This document shows positions 13,723 through 27,089 of a stretch of DNA of 64,000 bases, in pieces. The notes under the pieces are model-generated. The model searched no databases. It was not told where the DNA came from and worked only from the letters and a program-made list of their open reading frames with translations. This stretch comes from Mobula hypostoma (lineage: Eukaryota). The translations under genes were made by a program, and so were the position numbers. Location of the stretch: NCBI RefSeq assembly GCF_963921235.1, contig NC_086097.1, positions 225,186,001-225,250,000 on the forward strand. Reading direction: 5' to 3'. Positions within the stretch are counted from its first letter, which is position 1; every line of letters starts with the position of its first letter.

Positions 13723-13909
13723 TGCTGTCATTAAGTCGCTGTCATTAAGTCACCAACTTTCAGGGAATGTGTTGGGTAAAATGGAGGAAAACAGTGGAGG
13801 AAAAATATATAAATTAGGAAAATTGCTCCATTTGCCTTTTCTCAAATTTTATGTGACCTCATTTGAAGAAGCTGTCAATCACATTGAGATTGTGTGTAAT
13901 AATTTAATT

Positions 13910-14270
13910 CAACCGAACTACATTGAATTGACTTTATTGCTTACATCCTTCACATGCAGGAGTAAAAATCTTTACATTACGTCTCCGTCTAAATGTGCAA
14001 TGTGCAATTTATAGTAATTTATAATAGTATGTACAAGGGGACAGTCAATACAACATAGGAATACAATTGTATCAGCATGAATTAATCAGTCTGCTGGCCT
14101 GGTGGAAGAAGCTGTCCCAGAGCCTGTTGGTCCTGGCTTTTATGCTGTACTACTGTTTCCTGGATGGTAGCAGCTGGAATAGTTTGTGGTTGGGGTGATT
14201 TGGGTCCCCAATGATCCTTCGGGCCCTTTTTATACACTTGTCTCCGTAAATGTCCTGAATAGTGGGGACA
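13910..14270 (-). mobile_element. Rex1-type LINE 3' fragment
   Basis: Similar to 4240-4750 (ggaagaagctgtcccagagcctgttggtcctggc). Confidence 0.7.
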
Positions 14271-15944
14271 ACCATCAGCCTAATACCCACTTGCATTGGT
14301 GTCTTTCTCAAAGCATTCTCATCATTCTGTGTAATCTTGGCCTATTTGTCACATAAGTATTTGTTAAAAAAATCTAATCAGAAATTGAATATCAATTGTA
14401 TACCTTCATAGACATAATCAGAAACTGGTTGCAGCAAAGGTGTATTAAGCAGTCTAAGTGTATTGAATTTGGATCAGATGCAGGAAGGTTTAATGGTACA
14501 CTGTCCCCAAAGCCTTGTGTGCTAAGGAATGGGCCTCATAACCAGAGAAGCCTCTCTTCATGCTCTTCACTTTTCAAAATTGGAAATCAGGGAAGCCCAA
14601 AGCTGGCTGATGCGGAGGAAGAGGTTCATGGGGTAGAGCAAGATTTTGGATTGAGGTTTTGTGAGGATCAGAAGCATGGTAATTATTCAGAGATCAATAG
14701 GTTGTAGGCATTAAGCTGAGACTAGATCAGAAAGGTCCCCTAGATATCTGTGCCTTGAAGCAGAGTTCACTGGCAGCACAAAGACACATTTCCTCCTGAC
14801 TGGCCCACACAGAGCAATGTGGTAAGTTCCTGATTTTCATTTGGGTTTATTTTTCACTGAAATTCAATCAGATATTATACAGCATTATAACACTTTTGGA
14901 TCTAGTTCTGGGGAATTCTATTATATTAGTTCCCTGTGGCCACATAAGTGAATAACATGGTTATTAAAGCTCCTAAAACTCCTCTTACAGCGGCCGTTTG
15001 GGATAAATAGGTGGGGTGTCTTTTCCCCTTTCTGATGAGTACATGTCTAGTTGTCACAGGCTCCCATTGAGGAATCGGCCACTTAAGATTAAAATTAAAA
15101 GAAATTTCTTTATTCAAGGGTTGGTGAATTTTTGAATTTCTCTGTCTCTGGGCAACTGTGAATGCTCAGTCACTGAATTCATTAAAAACATGGATTGATA
15201 TATTTCTGGATACTACAAGAATCAGCTGATACTGGGATGGGGCAGAAAAGGGTGGCTAATGTGTAAAGTAAGATTTGATTCTGCTGAATTGCTGAACAGG
15301 CTTGAGGGGCTGAATGGCCTATCCCTGCTCCTGTTTCTTATGTTCTTTATTTTAATAATAAAGCCATCAACATTACAAAATCACACAGTAGAGGATATAT
15401 TATGTTTCAGTTCTTCATTTTTTCAGCTAAGTGATATTCCAGGGCAGAAGCCATAAAAGCATCTCAAGCTGGTAGATTTTTAACTGGCAGCACTTGATCT
15501 ATAGACTTCAAACGGTTCAGATTCTGCTCTGTGGTAAATGGAAGAAGTGGGTGACTTGAAAAAGTAAATCTTTGGCAGCAGTCAACCTGGCACCAGAGCT
15601 GAAAGAATTGATTTGGTAAATAAACTTTTATTGTCTATGTCTTATCAAGCATCTATCCTGACCTGTCACTAAACTGTCTTGATTTGTGTTCTTCTAAGGT
15701 GTTGAATCCAGCTCGTAGATAAATAGCTATTAAGTGAATATTGTACAGTAGACATAGTTCTACTGATGGGTACAGCACTATATCACAGAGAAAGCATCAG
15801 GAAAGTTAATAGATTAAATATGTAATAGACGTGACGATAAATGTAAAGCTAGCATTACCAGCCAAAGCTTATCCTTCTGAGACAGGAGTATCTGAATGAA
15901 AGTGAAATGTTTTATTCCATTGGTTAATTACCTTATTGGTTGAT

Positions 15945-16109
15945 GGATGGAATACATCTCTACCAAAGGTGTAAGGCATTCCTTCCCTCCACTAGCATGC
16001 AGGTCACCCTTGGGCAAGGTGTAGCACTAGCCTAGCCCATGATCAGGTTACCTGAAGCCATGGGACCAGGTGGTAGATGGTCATACGAGCATCTGGAGTA
16101 TATCACAAG
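15945..16109 (+). mobile_element. 5' half of the RTE-related SINE-like element, followed by a reverse PLE arm (16110-16166)
   Basis: Colinear with the 5' part of 41148-41512. Ends at atatcacaag. Confidence 0.65.
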
Positions 16110-17899
16110 CAGCACACACAAAATACTGGAGGAAATCATCAGGCCAGGCAGCATCTATGGAAAAGACATAGGAGCAATCTGCCCCAGTCTGGGTCAGGTC
16201 TCCTGGGAATTCTTAAGTGTGGTTGAAAAAAAACTCCAAAATGTATGCATCTGTGTGTGTGTGCATCTGCCCTGATTCTGTGTACACGAATGATAACATG
16301 GAAGTTCCCGGTCCCATGCCTCAAAAGGATTCTGGTAGCGTGCATGCTTGTACATTATGGACCAGAAAGTATTATGTTGAGAAGTGTACTGTATGGGTGG
16401 ACGAGTGTTTGAAAATGCGTTACTAGAGAGTGGAAAATGTGAGAAGACTGTAGGGTGGCCTGTGATTGTTCAATTTAGATGTGAAACACAAAAATGTCTA
16501 GATGAATCCAGTAAAAAAGTAGAGAAAGTAAACAAAAATCAACATTTCAGGCCAAGACACTTCCTACCCCAGTGTTTTAAAAGAAACAATTGGCACCAGA
16601 TTCTAAGGCTGACCTGCCAGACTGGCGCGTGAAAACATTAACATGACCTCAGCACTACTGGAGAAACTGGCTACCAACACAGCCTTGGCACTACATGACA
16701 CAAGCCAGACCATCAATAACATTACTGCCAAAATGCTGGCAATCTGCACTGCGGCTCTTCAAAATTGACTTCTTTGTGTCTAAGAGGGGTGCCATTATTA
16801 TCCAGGAGTGTTGCACACACATCCCTGATGTCAATAACCAACTGTCCCTGATGAAACTGATATAAAGTTTCAGCGAATCTGTACTTTTGAAATTCAGTCA
16901 AATTTGTGTTGATCTCTACAAGATGGAAAGGAGGGAGTGTGGAAATTGCAGTACGGTAAGGGTTAAAGACAATGTCCAGGCAAGAATGACTGCAGTGTTG
17001 TGTGGTCAACCCAGATAAGGGAGAACTTTGAAATGAGACCCTGCTCAGTACTGTTGAGATAGGCGAGGGTAACTGCGGCAGTGTGTGAATCAAACTAGCC
17101 AAGTGGCCACTGAAGTGAGACCTTTTCCAGAAAGGTCTTTGAAGAACTTTGCTTCCCTTTACACAGTAGGGGGTGCCAGAGGCAGACGAGATTGGAACAT
17201 GATGGAAGAATGTGAAACACACCTAACAGCTAGGGGACAATAGCTATTGACTTTTAACACATCTATTGTGAATGGTGATTGATCTTGCAAGTAAGGGATT
17301 CAAACACACTCAATTTACCAAACGGTCAATATCCGGAACTGATAAGCCAATTCTATGTAAAAATAGAAGTTTCTTGTTTAGACTGTAGAGCTGTCTAGTA
17401 AGGTGATCTACATATTGCTTCAGAAAAAAATTGTGGATACCCTTGACAAATTCTCTCCCATCTAATCTCTTAGCACTTTGTCAGTCTTAGTCATGATTAG
17501 GGAAATTAATCACTCTTGCTGTTACAACACTATTATTCCTACAAGTATCTGTGATTTTCCTATACATAAACTCTAATGCCTGCTGGCTATTTCTATCAAA
17601 ATAACCTCTCTTTTTTTATTTCTAAATTCTACTGGCATGGCCTCAGTGGACATTATCCTGGGATATCCTAAGTATTGCTATGATATTCTCCCTTGTCCAA
17701 GTGCAAATCACCATCCCCCCCTTACCCCCTCCACTGTCATCCAGCAATGTCAGTACCACAGAACATTGAACTGCTAGCCCTGCTCATCCCTCAACCATGT
17801 TTCTACAATAGCTTTAATATCACAAATCATGCACAAAGTTCATCTGCTTTGCCTTTAATGCTTCTTACTGTACTGTACTTACTTGCTTTAACATCTGTA

Positions 17900-18300
17900 T
17901 CTGAAGTTGGAGGAGCAGTATCTCATATTCCACCTGGGTGGCCTCCAGCCTGGTAGCATAAATATCAATTTTTCTAACTTCTGGCAATTTCTCCCCCCAC
18001 TTCTTTTTTTCCATTTCCATTCTGGCTCCCGTCTTACCCCTTCTCTTCTCCGCAGTTGCCCGTCACCTCCCTTTGGTGCCCCAACTCCTTCCCTTTTTCC
18101 CATGGTCCACTCCCCTCTCCTATCAGATTCCTTCTTCTTCACCCCATTACCTCTTCCACCTATCACCTTCCAGCTTCTCGTGTCACCCCCCCACCTTCTT
18201 CCCCCTTGCTTTTCAGTCCTGACGATGGGTTTCAGCTTGAAACATCAACTGTTTATTCCTCTCCATAGATGCTGCCTGTCCTGCTGAGTTCCTCTAGCAG
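17900..18300 (+). mobile_element. PLE 3' fragment: endonuclease tail plus terminal repeat with hammerhead motif (18214-18251)
   Basis: EEQYLIFHLGGLQPGSININFSNF, pyrimidine-rich UTR, cagtcCTGACGA...GAAACATCaactg. Confidence 0.85.
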
Positions 18301-18559
18301 CTTGAGAGCTTTTCTCTATATCAGCACCATCTTTCCCATCCGATACACTTATACTTTGGGTCCCCATTCCCATCTAGAATAATTCAAGAAGCATTAGCCA
18401 AACTTCCCCACAAGATATTGGCCCCTCCTTAGTTCAGATGCAACCTTTCTCAGTTGTCTGGGTCACCACTACTCCAGCAGAGATCTCGTGATCCGAGTAG
18501 CTGAATTCATCCACCCCACCCATTTTCTTTACCGTCCTATTCTACCTTCTGCCTAATAT

Positions 18560-20040
18560 TCATTTTGCAGGACTCATCACTTCTTCTGTTGCCACAGGAG
18601 TTCATTTCAATGATCTTGACAGCAGGCTACATCCTGCTTCAGGCAGAATTGAAGCCTGCACAAATGAATTATACTCCCCCATCAACAGCCTTGAAAAAGG
18701 ACACCCTAAGGCCCGCTTCATCATTGTCAGTGACTGGACAATTTTAACAACATATGTCCTGATAGTATTTTGGTATCACACTATTAAAATTGCCTCATCA
18801 GGGTCTGAACATCCTTGACCAATGCTACACAATCATCAAAGATGCCTACCCCATACTACGGTAATTCTGACCAACGAGTTGTGCTCTTTTTGCTTGTGTA
18901 CAAACAGAAGCTTTTTGTACACAGAAGATCCAGTACAGAAAGCCATTCAGTGCTGGTCTGAGGAAATAGAAACATGACTTCTTAGATTCAATAGGCTGGT
19001 CCATGTTCAAAAGCCCAGCAGCCACCAAGATGAGCATGTCACCACTGTCACGGACTTTAAGTGTGTTGGAGAACTGTCTACCAAAGAGGACATCTGGGTG
19101 TTCCCAAACTAGAAATATGAATGAACCAGGAAATCCACTCCCTACTGAGGTCTAGAACTGAAGCATTAAAAACAGGCAGCCTTGACCTTTAGAAGATATC
19201 AAGATACAACTTTATAAAGCTATCAGGGATGCCCAGAAATAATACCAGTTGAAAATTGAGTCCCAGATTATCAGTCATCTGTAACGGGGCTTAAACAGCT
19301 ACAAAGCAAAGTCAGGCATCATCATCAGCACCAGTGTATCTCTCCCTGATGAGCATAACTCATTCTATGCAAATTTTGAACAGAAGGGGATTGCAATGTC
19401 ATCCAAATCACCTGAACCCATAGTCACAGTTGTGGCCATAAGATTAGTCGTCTAGAGAGTGAACCCACAGAAAGCATCTGGCCCAGAGAGTGTCCCTGGC
19501 CATGCCCTTCGATCCTGCACAGATCAGTTGGCATTGCTTTATTATTGGTACTAGTTTATTATTGTCACATGTACCAAGATACAGTGAAAAGTTTGTCCTG
19601 CATACAGCTCATACAGATCAAATCATTACACAGCGCATTGAGGTAGAACAAGGTAAAACAATGACAATGCTGAACAAAGTGTAAAGGCTTTTAAGTAAGT
19701 GTAGTGCAGGTAGACAATAAGGGCAAGATGATGACAAGGTAGATTGTGAGGTCAAGAGTCCACCTTACCTTCAAAGAGGTCCACTCAAGAGTTTGATATC
19801 AGCAGGATTGGAGATATCTCTGAGCCTGGTAGTTAATGTATCTCCTGCACGATGGGAGAGAGGAGAATGAATGAATGTCTGAGGTGAGTGGGGTCTTTGA
19901 TAATACTGGCTGCTCTACTGGGGCAGCAAAAAGTATAGACAAAGTTCATAGAGGGGAAGCTAGTTTCCATGATGTGCTGAGCTGTGTCCACAACTCTCTG
20001 TAACTTATTGCAGCCATGTGCAGAGCAGTTGCCCCACCAA
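18560..20040. mobile_element. Decayed Rex1-type LINE fragments (plus strand 18560-19530, minus strand 19540-20040)
   Basis: gtgaacccacagaaagcatctggccca (VNPQKASGP) and reverse LQRVVDTAQHI...AASIIKDPTH. Confidence 0.7.
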
Positions 20041-20289
20041 AGAATTAAGCATAAGAAAAAAGAAGCCAAAATAATCATTTATGACAAATAATGAGACCTA
20101 CCTTAGTTCTCATCTTAGAAGGTATGGATAACAGGCTGTCTGAGCTATGACTGTGAGGATAACAAGGAATTACTCCCCTGACGTTGCGAAGGACCCAAAC
20201 CCATGAATGTAGAACTACACAAGGCACTCTTTGGTGATGTTCTAATATTGATAATTTTTGGACATAAACTTAAATTTGTTCACTTAAAT

Positions 20290-22022
20290 TACTCGGGACA
20301 ACAAAGACTTTGCTACTTGAATACTTTCGGATATATCTTATGGATTTTGGGTTGCCGATCATGAAAATCACTATGGAATTGCTCTATCACACCCCATTTT
20401 TTTAAATCAAAGGAGTCAAGGATTTAAATTATATTTATTATCAAACGTATAACTTATACAACCTTAAGATTATTTGCTTACAGGCAGCCACAAAGCAAGA
20501 AACCTGTAAGAACCTAATTAAAAAAATTTAAATTGTAGTAAATTGCAGCACCCGATGCACAGGGAAAGGGGGACAAAACACAAACCGCGCAAACAATGGA
20601 AGTGAGCAACAACATTCCGAATCAAAGTAAGTCCTTAGATCCAAACCCTGGAGCTGCCTGAAGTTGGCCCAAGCCAGTTCATCAGCCACCGTGAACAGTC
20701 TTCATGGCCTCAGTGCCATGGAGAGAGGAGTGTATTGTACTTCGCACTAGGATTTGGATGCTGCTGCAGTGAAAGACTCCAGGCCTAGAACATGCCACCC
20801 AGCGATTTGCTCCATGTCCAGATTCCATCATCCTGCCCAAAGCCACTCTGGATTTCTCCAATTCGGCTTGGCACCCAAAGCAATCCAACCTCACACCTGG
20901 TCCAGCTCTAGCATCAGAACTCTTCTGCCTCGACCTCTCCTCTTTGAATGGCTCACTCCATCTGTGTTGATTCTGCAACTTTGTAGTGACAATTTACTAC
21001 AAATTACTTCAGAAAAAGTGTTATTAGTAATGGCTTTAGTCAAATTTCTTGGCTTCTGAACTGCATATGAGTTGCCGCACGCATTTGGTAGAGCCATTTA
21101 TATTTCACCTATATTTGTTATTTCAATTCATAATTCAAGTCAGAATAACTGATGCCAAGGTTAAGGAAGGCGTTTTGTTGGACCACAAATCAAACAGGTT
21201 ATCAACGAATTTCTGGTGGGACTGGAGAAAATTGTATGGAAGGCATTCAAGGCTGTTGTTGTAAGTTTTCTTGGCAAGTACAGAGCACCAAACTATGTGC
21301 AGTTGGTTGACAACATTTTTCAAGCATACAGAACCATGAAGTGCGGGGGAGGGGAGGGAATGTCGACTCAGACCATGAGAGGCCTGTGTCGGGCATTTTC
21401 ATGCCTTACAAGGCGCAGATTGGAAGTCTGTGTGGGGCGCCACTCCTCACACAGACACTAGAGCAATGTGTGGTTAAGTGCCTTGCTCAAGGACACAAAC
21501 ACACTGCCACAGCTAAGGCTCGAACTAGCGACCTTCAGATCACTAGATGAAAGCCTTAACCACTTGGCCACGTGTCCAACACATGAAGTGCAACACATCA
21601 CTAAAGATTCATTTTCTGCATTCCCATTTAGACTTCTGTCCTGCGAATCTTGGTGCTGTCAGTGATGAGCATGATGAAAGATTTCACCAGGACATAGTGG
21701 TCATGCAGAAATAGTATCAGGGCAACTGGAATCCATCAACACAGGCTGATTATTGTTGGGCACTTCAGTGAGAAGCCTCAGGCACTGAGTACAAATGAAA
21801 ATCATTAACTAAACATTTTTAACTTTGTTGAACTATTGCAAAGCATCAGCACTATTATGGAATTAAATGCATTGTATTCAATAAAAGTTAATTCCTTGTT
21901 TCTTTAGATTCCTACATGATAGAAGTAGACTGAAATTATATGTTGGTTCAGCTTCAAGCAGTGTATCATAAACAAAAAAATTCTGAGGAAGCAACACTTC
22001 CTAAAAAATTCGTTAAACAGTG
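20290..22022 (+). mobile_element. Decayed Chapaev3-like (CMC superfamily) DNA transposon, internally deleted and interrupted by two retroposons
   Basis: Transposase C-terminus at about 21145-21770: ITDAKVKEG...WKAFKAVV.SFLGKYRAPNY...SLKIHFLHSHLDF.PANLGAVSDEHDERFHQD...ADYCW. Right end ...aacagtg (CACTG terminus). Confidence 0.7.
21345..21581 (-). mobile_element. tRNA-derived CORE-type SINE with 10-bp TSD
   Basis: Reverse strand has A box TGGCCAAGTGG, B box GTTCGAGCC and core ccttgagcaaggcacttaacc. TSD catgaagtgc at 21335-21344 and 21582-21591. Confidence 0.85.
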
Positions 22023-22904
22023 TGATCTATCCAGGAGAATATCCAAGTTAGGCTCCAAAGCCAGCTGACACTTTCAATATAGAGTAGCAAAGGCTGTACT
22101 CCTTTCCAAAACAATCCAGTAGAGAGAACAGCATTCCTTTAAATGTCAGAAGCTATGCAACTGCAGAATGCTTTGTAATAATAATGCAGCATTGCCTTTA
22201 GCAAGTAGATGCACAACTAATGCTGAAATGTATTACCCCTCATACTTAACATTCTTGTCATGAAAAAGATCATGTACTACATATGTACTACAGTTGGTAT
22301 AACTCGGTGCTTAGAAAGCTCTTTACTGCTGAATAAACAGAAACTTCATATGAATTGCAAAAGATAATTGACTTAAAATGAAGTCAACAGTAATTTAATT
22401 TGATGTACCTGTATGCAAACATATGCTTTGCCAAAATTGATATGCAAAGTAATTTGATCCATGTTGCTGAATCGTCTTGGTGACGTCAAATTATCCTCAC
22501 ATGTAAAACTGTCAGTGTGGAATAAATCATAATTTAATACATCACAATACCACAGCTTTCACTTTAAGGGTTAATGTATTCTCTGCACAATAAGATAGAT
22601 ACAGGTAAAGATTCAGGTTTACAAAGTTCTTTGTTGTGGTGTCATATTATTGTTTTTTATATGCACAGGCAATTCTTGAAGTGTCTGTATTCTTGAAATT
22701 ATTTTGCTTTATAATTTTAGGCTTTGAAGTGAAATAAAGATTACAGCTGCAGAGAAATTACACAGAAATAGACATAACAAATTGTTTAATGGAACAATCT
22801 ACACAAAATGGCTGTGGGAATGATTCAATTTCATTTGCATAGCTGAAAAATTTATATAGATGCAATTAAAGTAACCAAAATCAAATAATTTGTAATTAAA
22901 TTAT

Positions 22905-25240
22905 TCAGATGCTGCCTGGATTAGAGGACAACCTCTGGATAAGAGGTTGGACAAACTTGGGTTGTTTTCTCGGGAACCGCAGAGGCTGAGGGAAGATCTG
23001 ACGGAGGTTTATAAGATTATGAGAGGCATAGATAAAATAGACAGAGAATATCTTTTTCCTAAGAATAAAATGTCTAATACCAGAGGGCATGCATTTAAGG
23101 TGAGAGGGGTAGATTCAAAATGGATGTGAGGGACAAGTTTTTTCTCCACACAGATGGTGGTGGGGGCCTGGAATGCACTGTCTGGGGTGGTTGTAGAGGC
23201 AGGAACATTAGGGATTTTTAAGAGCCGTTGAGATAGGCACATGGATGTGAGGGAAATGGAAGGATATGGACATTGTGTGGACTGAAGAGATTAGTTTAGT
23301 TGGCCATTTGATTACTAATTTAGTTGGTCCAGCGCAACATTGTGGGTCAAAGGCCCTGTTCCTATTCTGTACCATTCTGAGTCCTATGTTCTTTATTCAC
23401 ATTAGTTATATGTAGCCACTTAATAATTCCACTCATAATCACAATGTTGCTTGCATTACGGAGGACATCTCCATGAATGTTGCCATGAGGACCTGAGTTA
23501 TAGGGAAAGGTTGAAAAGGTTCAGACTTTATTCCTTAGAGTGTAGGAGAATGAGGGAAGATTTGAGGTTAGGTATAAACATTGTAAGAGGTATCGATAGG
23601 GCAAATGCAAGCATGCTTTTTCCACTGAAGTTGGGTGAAACTACAAATAGAGAACATAGGTTAAGGATGAAAGGTGAAATACTTGAATTCAATAGTTCAA
23701 TAGTTCCATTTAATATCAGAGAATGCATACAATTTACATCCAGACATTATTGCTCGTTGCAAACATCCACAAAATCAGAAGAGTACCCCAAAGACTGATT
23801 GACAGCAAAAATGTTAGAACACTGAAGCCACCCTACCAACCCCCTCCCAAGCACAACCAATGGCAAAGCAAAAACCCTCCCCCCTCCCCTTATTTCAGCA
23901 AAAAGCATCAGCAGCCACCACCCACCAAGCAAGTAATAGTAAAGCCCCCAAGAGGCACCGTGATCTGCAGAACAACAAAAACTAATCATTAAGGGGAACC
24001 TTTCCGGAACCCCTTCACTCAGAGGGTGGTGGGAGTGTGGAATGAGCTGCCAGCAGAAGTGATGGATGCAGGTTTGATTTTGAAATGTAAGAGAAATTTA
24101 GATTGACACATGGATGGAAGGGTATAGTCCGTGTACAGTTCAATCGGACTAGATTCTCCAAAGCACCTGTTTCTGCGCTGTCGTGCTCTATGACTGTGTG
24201 TGACCTTCCCTGATCCAGGGCTGTCTGTGCATCTGCTAATAAAGCTTGGATTTAGGAAAATGTCAGCACAATCTATGTCCTCCTCTTTATATTCTGGCCT
24301 TGCTGTAACAATCTCCTATCTGCCATTTTACTTCAGAGAAACAGGCATTAGCTCCCCCCATGTTAAAGCTATCAACTTTCAGTTTAATCTGCCCCCCCCA
24401 CTTTTCCAGTTCACCCAACACTGCTTCACAACATGTTCCACACTCTCAACACTAATGTTTGCTCTTTAGCTAATGCTTTGTACCATCCATGACTCACTCC
24501 CTGTACGTATCAACCTAAGACCTCCATCTCTTTCTTTAAGCTTCTCCAAAATGCATTTTCCTTGGATAATTCCTTTGATTTTCCTCAGCATCAGCTTGAC
24601 ATTTCTCTTTCTCAACTCTACAATGTCTAGTGGAGTAATATGAAATCACTTTTATCACAATGGTAGCCAAAGAAATACATACTACTGTTGTATAAATAGC
24701 AAGCATTAAATAAATTTTTACTTAAGCCCCAGATAGATATATATTATATTTTCTTTGAAGCTCTTGACACCTTGTATTATACTCACTGAAATTCAAAAAA
24801 ATAAGAGAGGATCTAGTAGAAACATATAAATTATGAAAGGACAGGACATAGAACAGAGAACAGTACAGCACAGGAACAGGTCCTTCGGCTCACAATGTTG
24901 TGCCGAACCAATTAAAGAGGCAGGAAAGTTGTTTCCATTAGTAAGTGAGACTAAAATAAGGGACACATAACCTTAAGGTTTGGGGGAATAGATTTAAAGC
25001 AGAGATGAGAAGGAATTGCTTTTCTCAGAGAATAATGAATCTGTGGAATTCTCTACACAGGGAAGCAGTAGCGACTAGCTCATTAAATATATTTAAGATA
25101 CAGTTAGATAGATTTTTACATAACAGGGGAAGAAAGGGTTACAAGGAATAGGCTGAGTCCATGGTCAGATCAGCCATGATCTTATTAAATGGTGGAGCAG
25201 GCTTGACGGAACAATGGCTGACTCCAGCTTCTATTTCAGA
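22905..25240 (+). mobile_element. Three CR1 3' fragments (22905-23395, 23465-24195, 24800-25240)
   Basis: LDKLGLFS..RLREDLTEVYKIMRGID...TRGHAFKVRG motifs and CR1 3' tails. Confidence 0.8.
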
Positions 25241-25369
25241 TGACAAATTTCACCCAAATCAAATTTTATGATTCACTGTTTACACCTCCTTTCATGGCGA
25301 TGTGAACAATGGAAGCAACTAACGAGAAACTGTTGACAATGAATAACTAAAAGAATTATTGAACCTACC

Positions 25370-26660
25370 AAAAAGAGTACAGTTGACGTTTCGAGCCAGA
25401 ACTCTTCGGCAGGACTGGAGGTAAAAAGCTGAGGAGTAGAATTAAAAGGTAGGGGGAAGGGATAAAGAAACAGAAGGTGAAAGGTGAAACCTGGAGGGGG
25501 AGGGATGAAGTAAAGAGCTGGGAAGTTAATTCGTGAAAGTGGCAGATGGCCACTGAAGAAAGAAAAGGGGGGAGGAGCGCCAGAGGGAGGAAATGGGCGG
25601 GCAAGGAGATAAGGTGAGAGAGTGAAAAGGAGATAGGAAATGGTGAAGGGGGGGATGGGAGCGTTACCCGAAGTTTGAGAAATAGATATTCATGCCATCA
25701 GTTTTAAAAGAGGAACCCGATCACTGGTAGTGTGGTGGGAGGATGGGGTAAGGGCAGAACTACCAAGGATAGGGTTCCTCTTGTCCTCACCTACCACCCC
25801 ACCAGCATCCGCGTCCAGCACATAACTCTTTGAAACTTCTGCCACCTCCAGCGGGATCCCACCACCAAACACATCCTCCCTCCCCACCCCCCACTTTCTG
25901 CTTTCCGCAGGGATCGCTGTCTGCACAACTCCCTTGTCCATTCGTCCCTCCCCACTGATCTCCCTCCTGCCACTTTTCCTTGCAAGTGGAACAAGTGCCA
26001 CACCTGCCCCTGCAAATCCTCCCTCACTACCATTCGGGGCCACAAACCGTCCTTCCAGGTGAAGTGACACTTCAGTTGTGAGTCTGTTGGGGTCATGTAC
26101 TGTGTCCATTGCTCCTGGTGCTGCCTCCTGTATATCGGTGAGACCCGATGTAAATTGGGGACCGATTCGCTGAGCACCTATGCTCTGTCTGCCATGTCCA
26201 GCCATGACCGCCTCCACTGCTGTGATGAGGCCACACTTAGGTTGGAGGAACAACACCTTATATTCATTTGGTTAGCCTCCAACCTGATGGCATGAGCATC
26301 AATTTCTCAAATTTCCGTAATGCCCCCACCCCATTGTCACCATTTCTCAACCCCTTTTCCTTCGCTCACCTCATCTCCTTGCCCGCCCATCGCCTCCCTC
26401 TGGTGCTCCTCCCCCCTTTTCTTTCTTCAGTGGCCGTCTGTCTCTTTCAGCAATCAACTTCCCAGCTCTTTACTTCGTCCCTCCCCCTCCAGGTTTCACC
26501 TATATCCTGGTGGTTCTCTCTCCCCTCCCCCACCCTTTAATCTACTCAGCTTTTTATCTCCAGTCCTGCTGAAAGGTTTCAGCCCAAAATATCAACTGTA
26601 CTTTTTTCCATAGATGCTGCCTGGCCTGCTGAGTTCCTTCAGTATTTTTTGTGTGTTGCT
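25370..26660 (+). mobile_element. Neptune-type PLE with inverted 5' terminal repeat (25370-25765), GIY-YIG end and 3' terminal repeat
   Basis: CKWNKCHTC linker and YCVHCSWCCLLYIGETRCKLG motif. Terminal repeat present in opposite orientations at the two ends. Inverted aagaggaaccc/gggttcctctt junction. Confidence 0.85.
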
Positions 26661-27089
26661 CAGTTAAAATCACCTACTATCACATCCTTATGTTTCTTGC
26701 AACAGTCTGCGATTTCTCTACAAATTCGTTCCTCTAAATCCCTTGGTCTGTTGGATGGTCTGTTGTATAGCCTCATTAATCTGGTCATACCTTTCTTATT
26801 TCTCAGTCCCACCAACAACGCCACACTAGACGAGTTCTCCAGCCTGTCCTGATGGAGCACTGCGATGGTATTTTCCCTGGCCCGTAATGCTATCCCTGCT
26901 CCTTTAATCCTTCCCGCTCCACCACGTCTGAAACAATGGAACCCTGGAATATTGAGCTGCCAGTCTTTCCCCTTCTGTAACCAAGTCTCAGTAATGGCTA
27001 CAATATTATAATTCCAGGTGTTGACTCATGCCCTCAGCTCATCTGCCTTTCCTACGATACTTCTTACGTTGAAATATACGCAAATGAAA

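Noticed and set aside
16722..17222. 166-aa minus-strand ORF
   Set aside because: No splice or homology support. The region looks like the antisense of an old LINE remnant.
21500..21581. tRNA gene (also 57820-57890)
   Set aside because: A/B boxes are present, but they continue into SINE bodies; the 21345 element has a clear TSD and no terminator.
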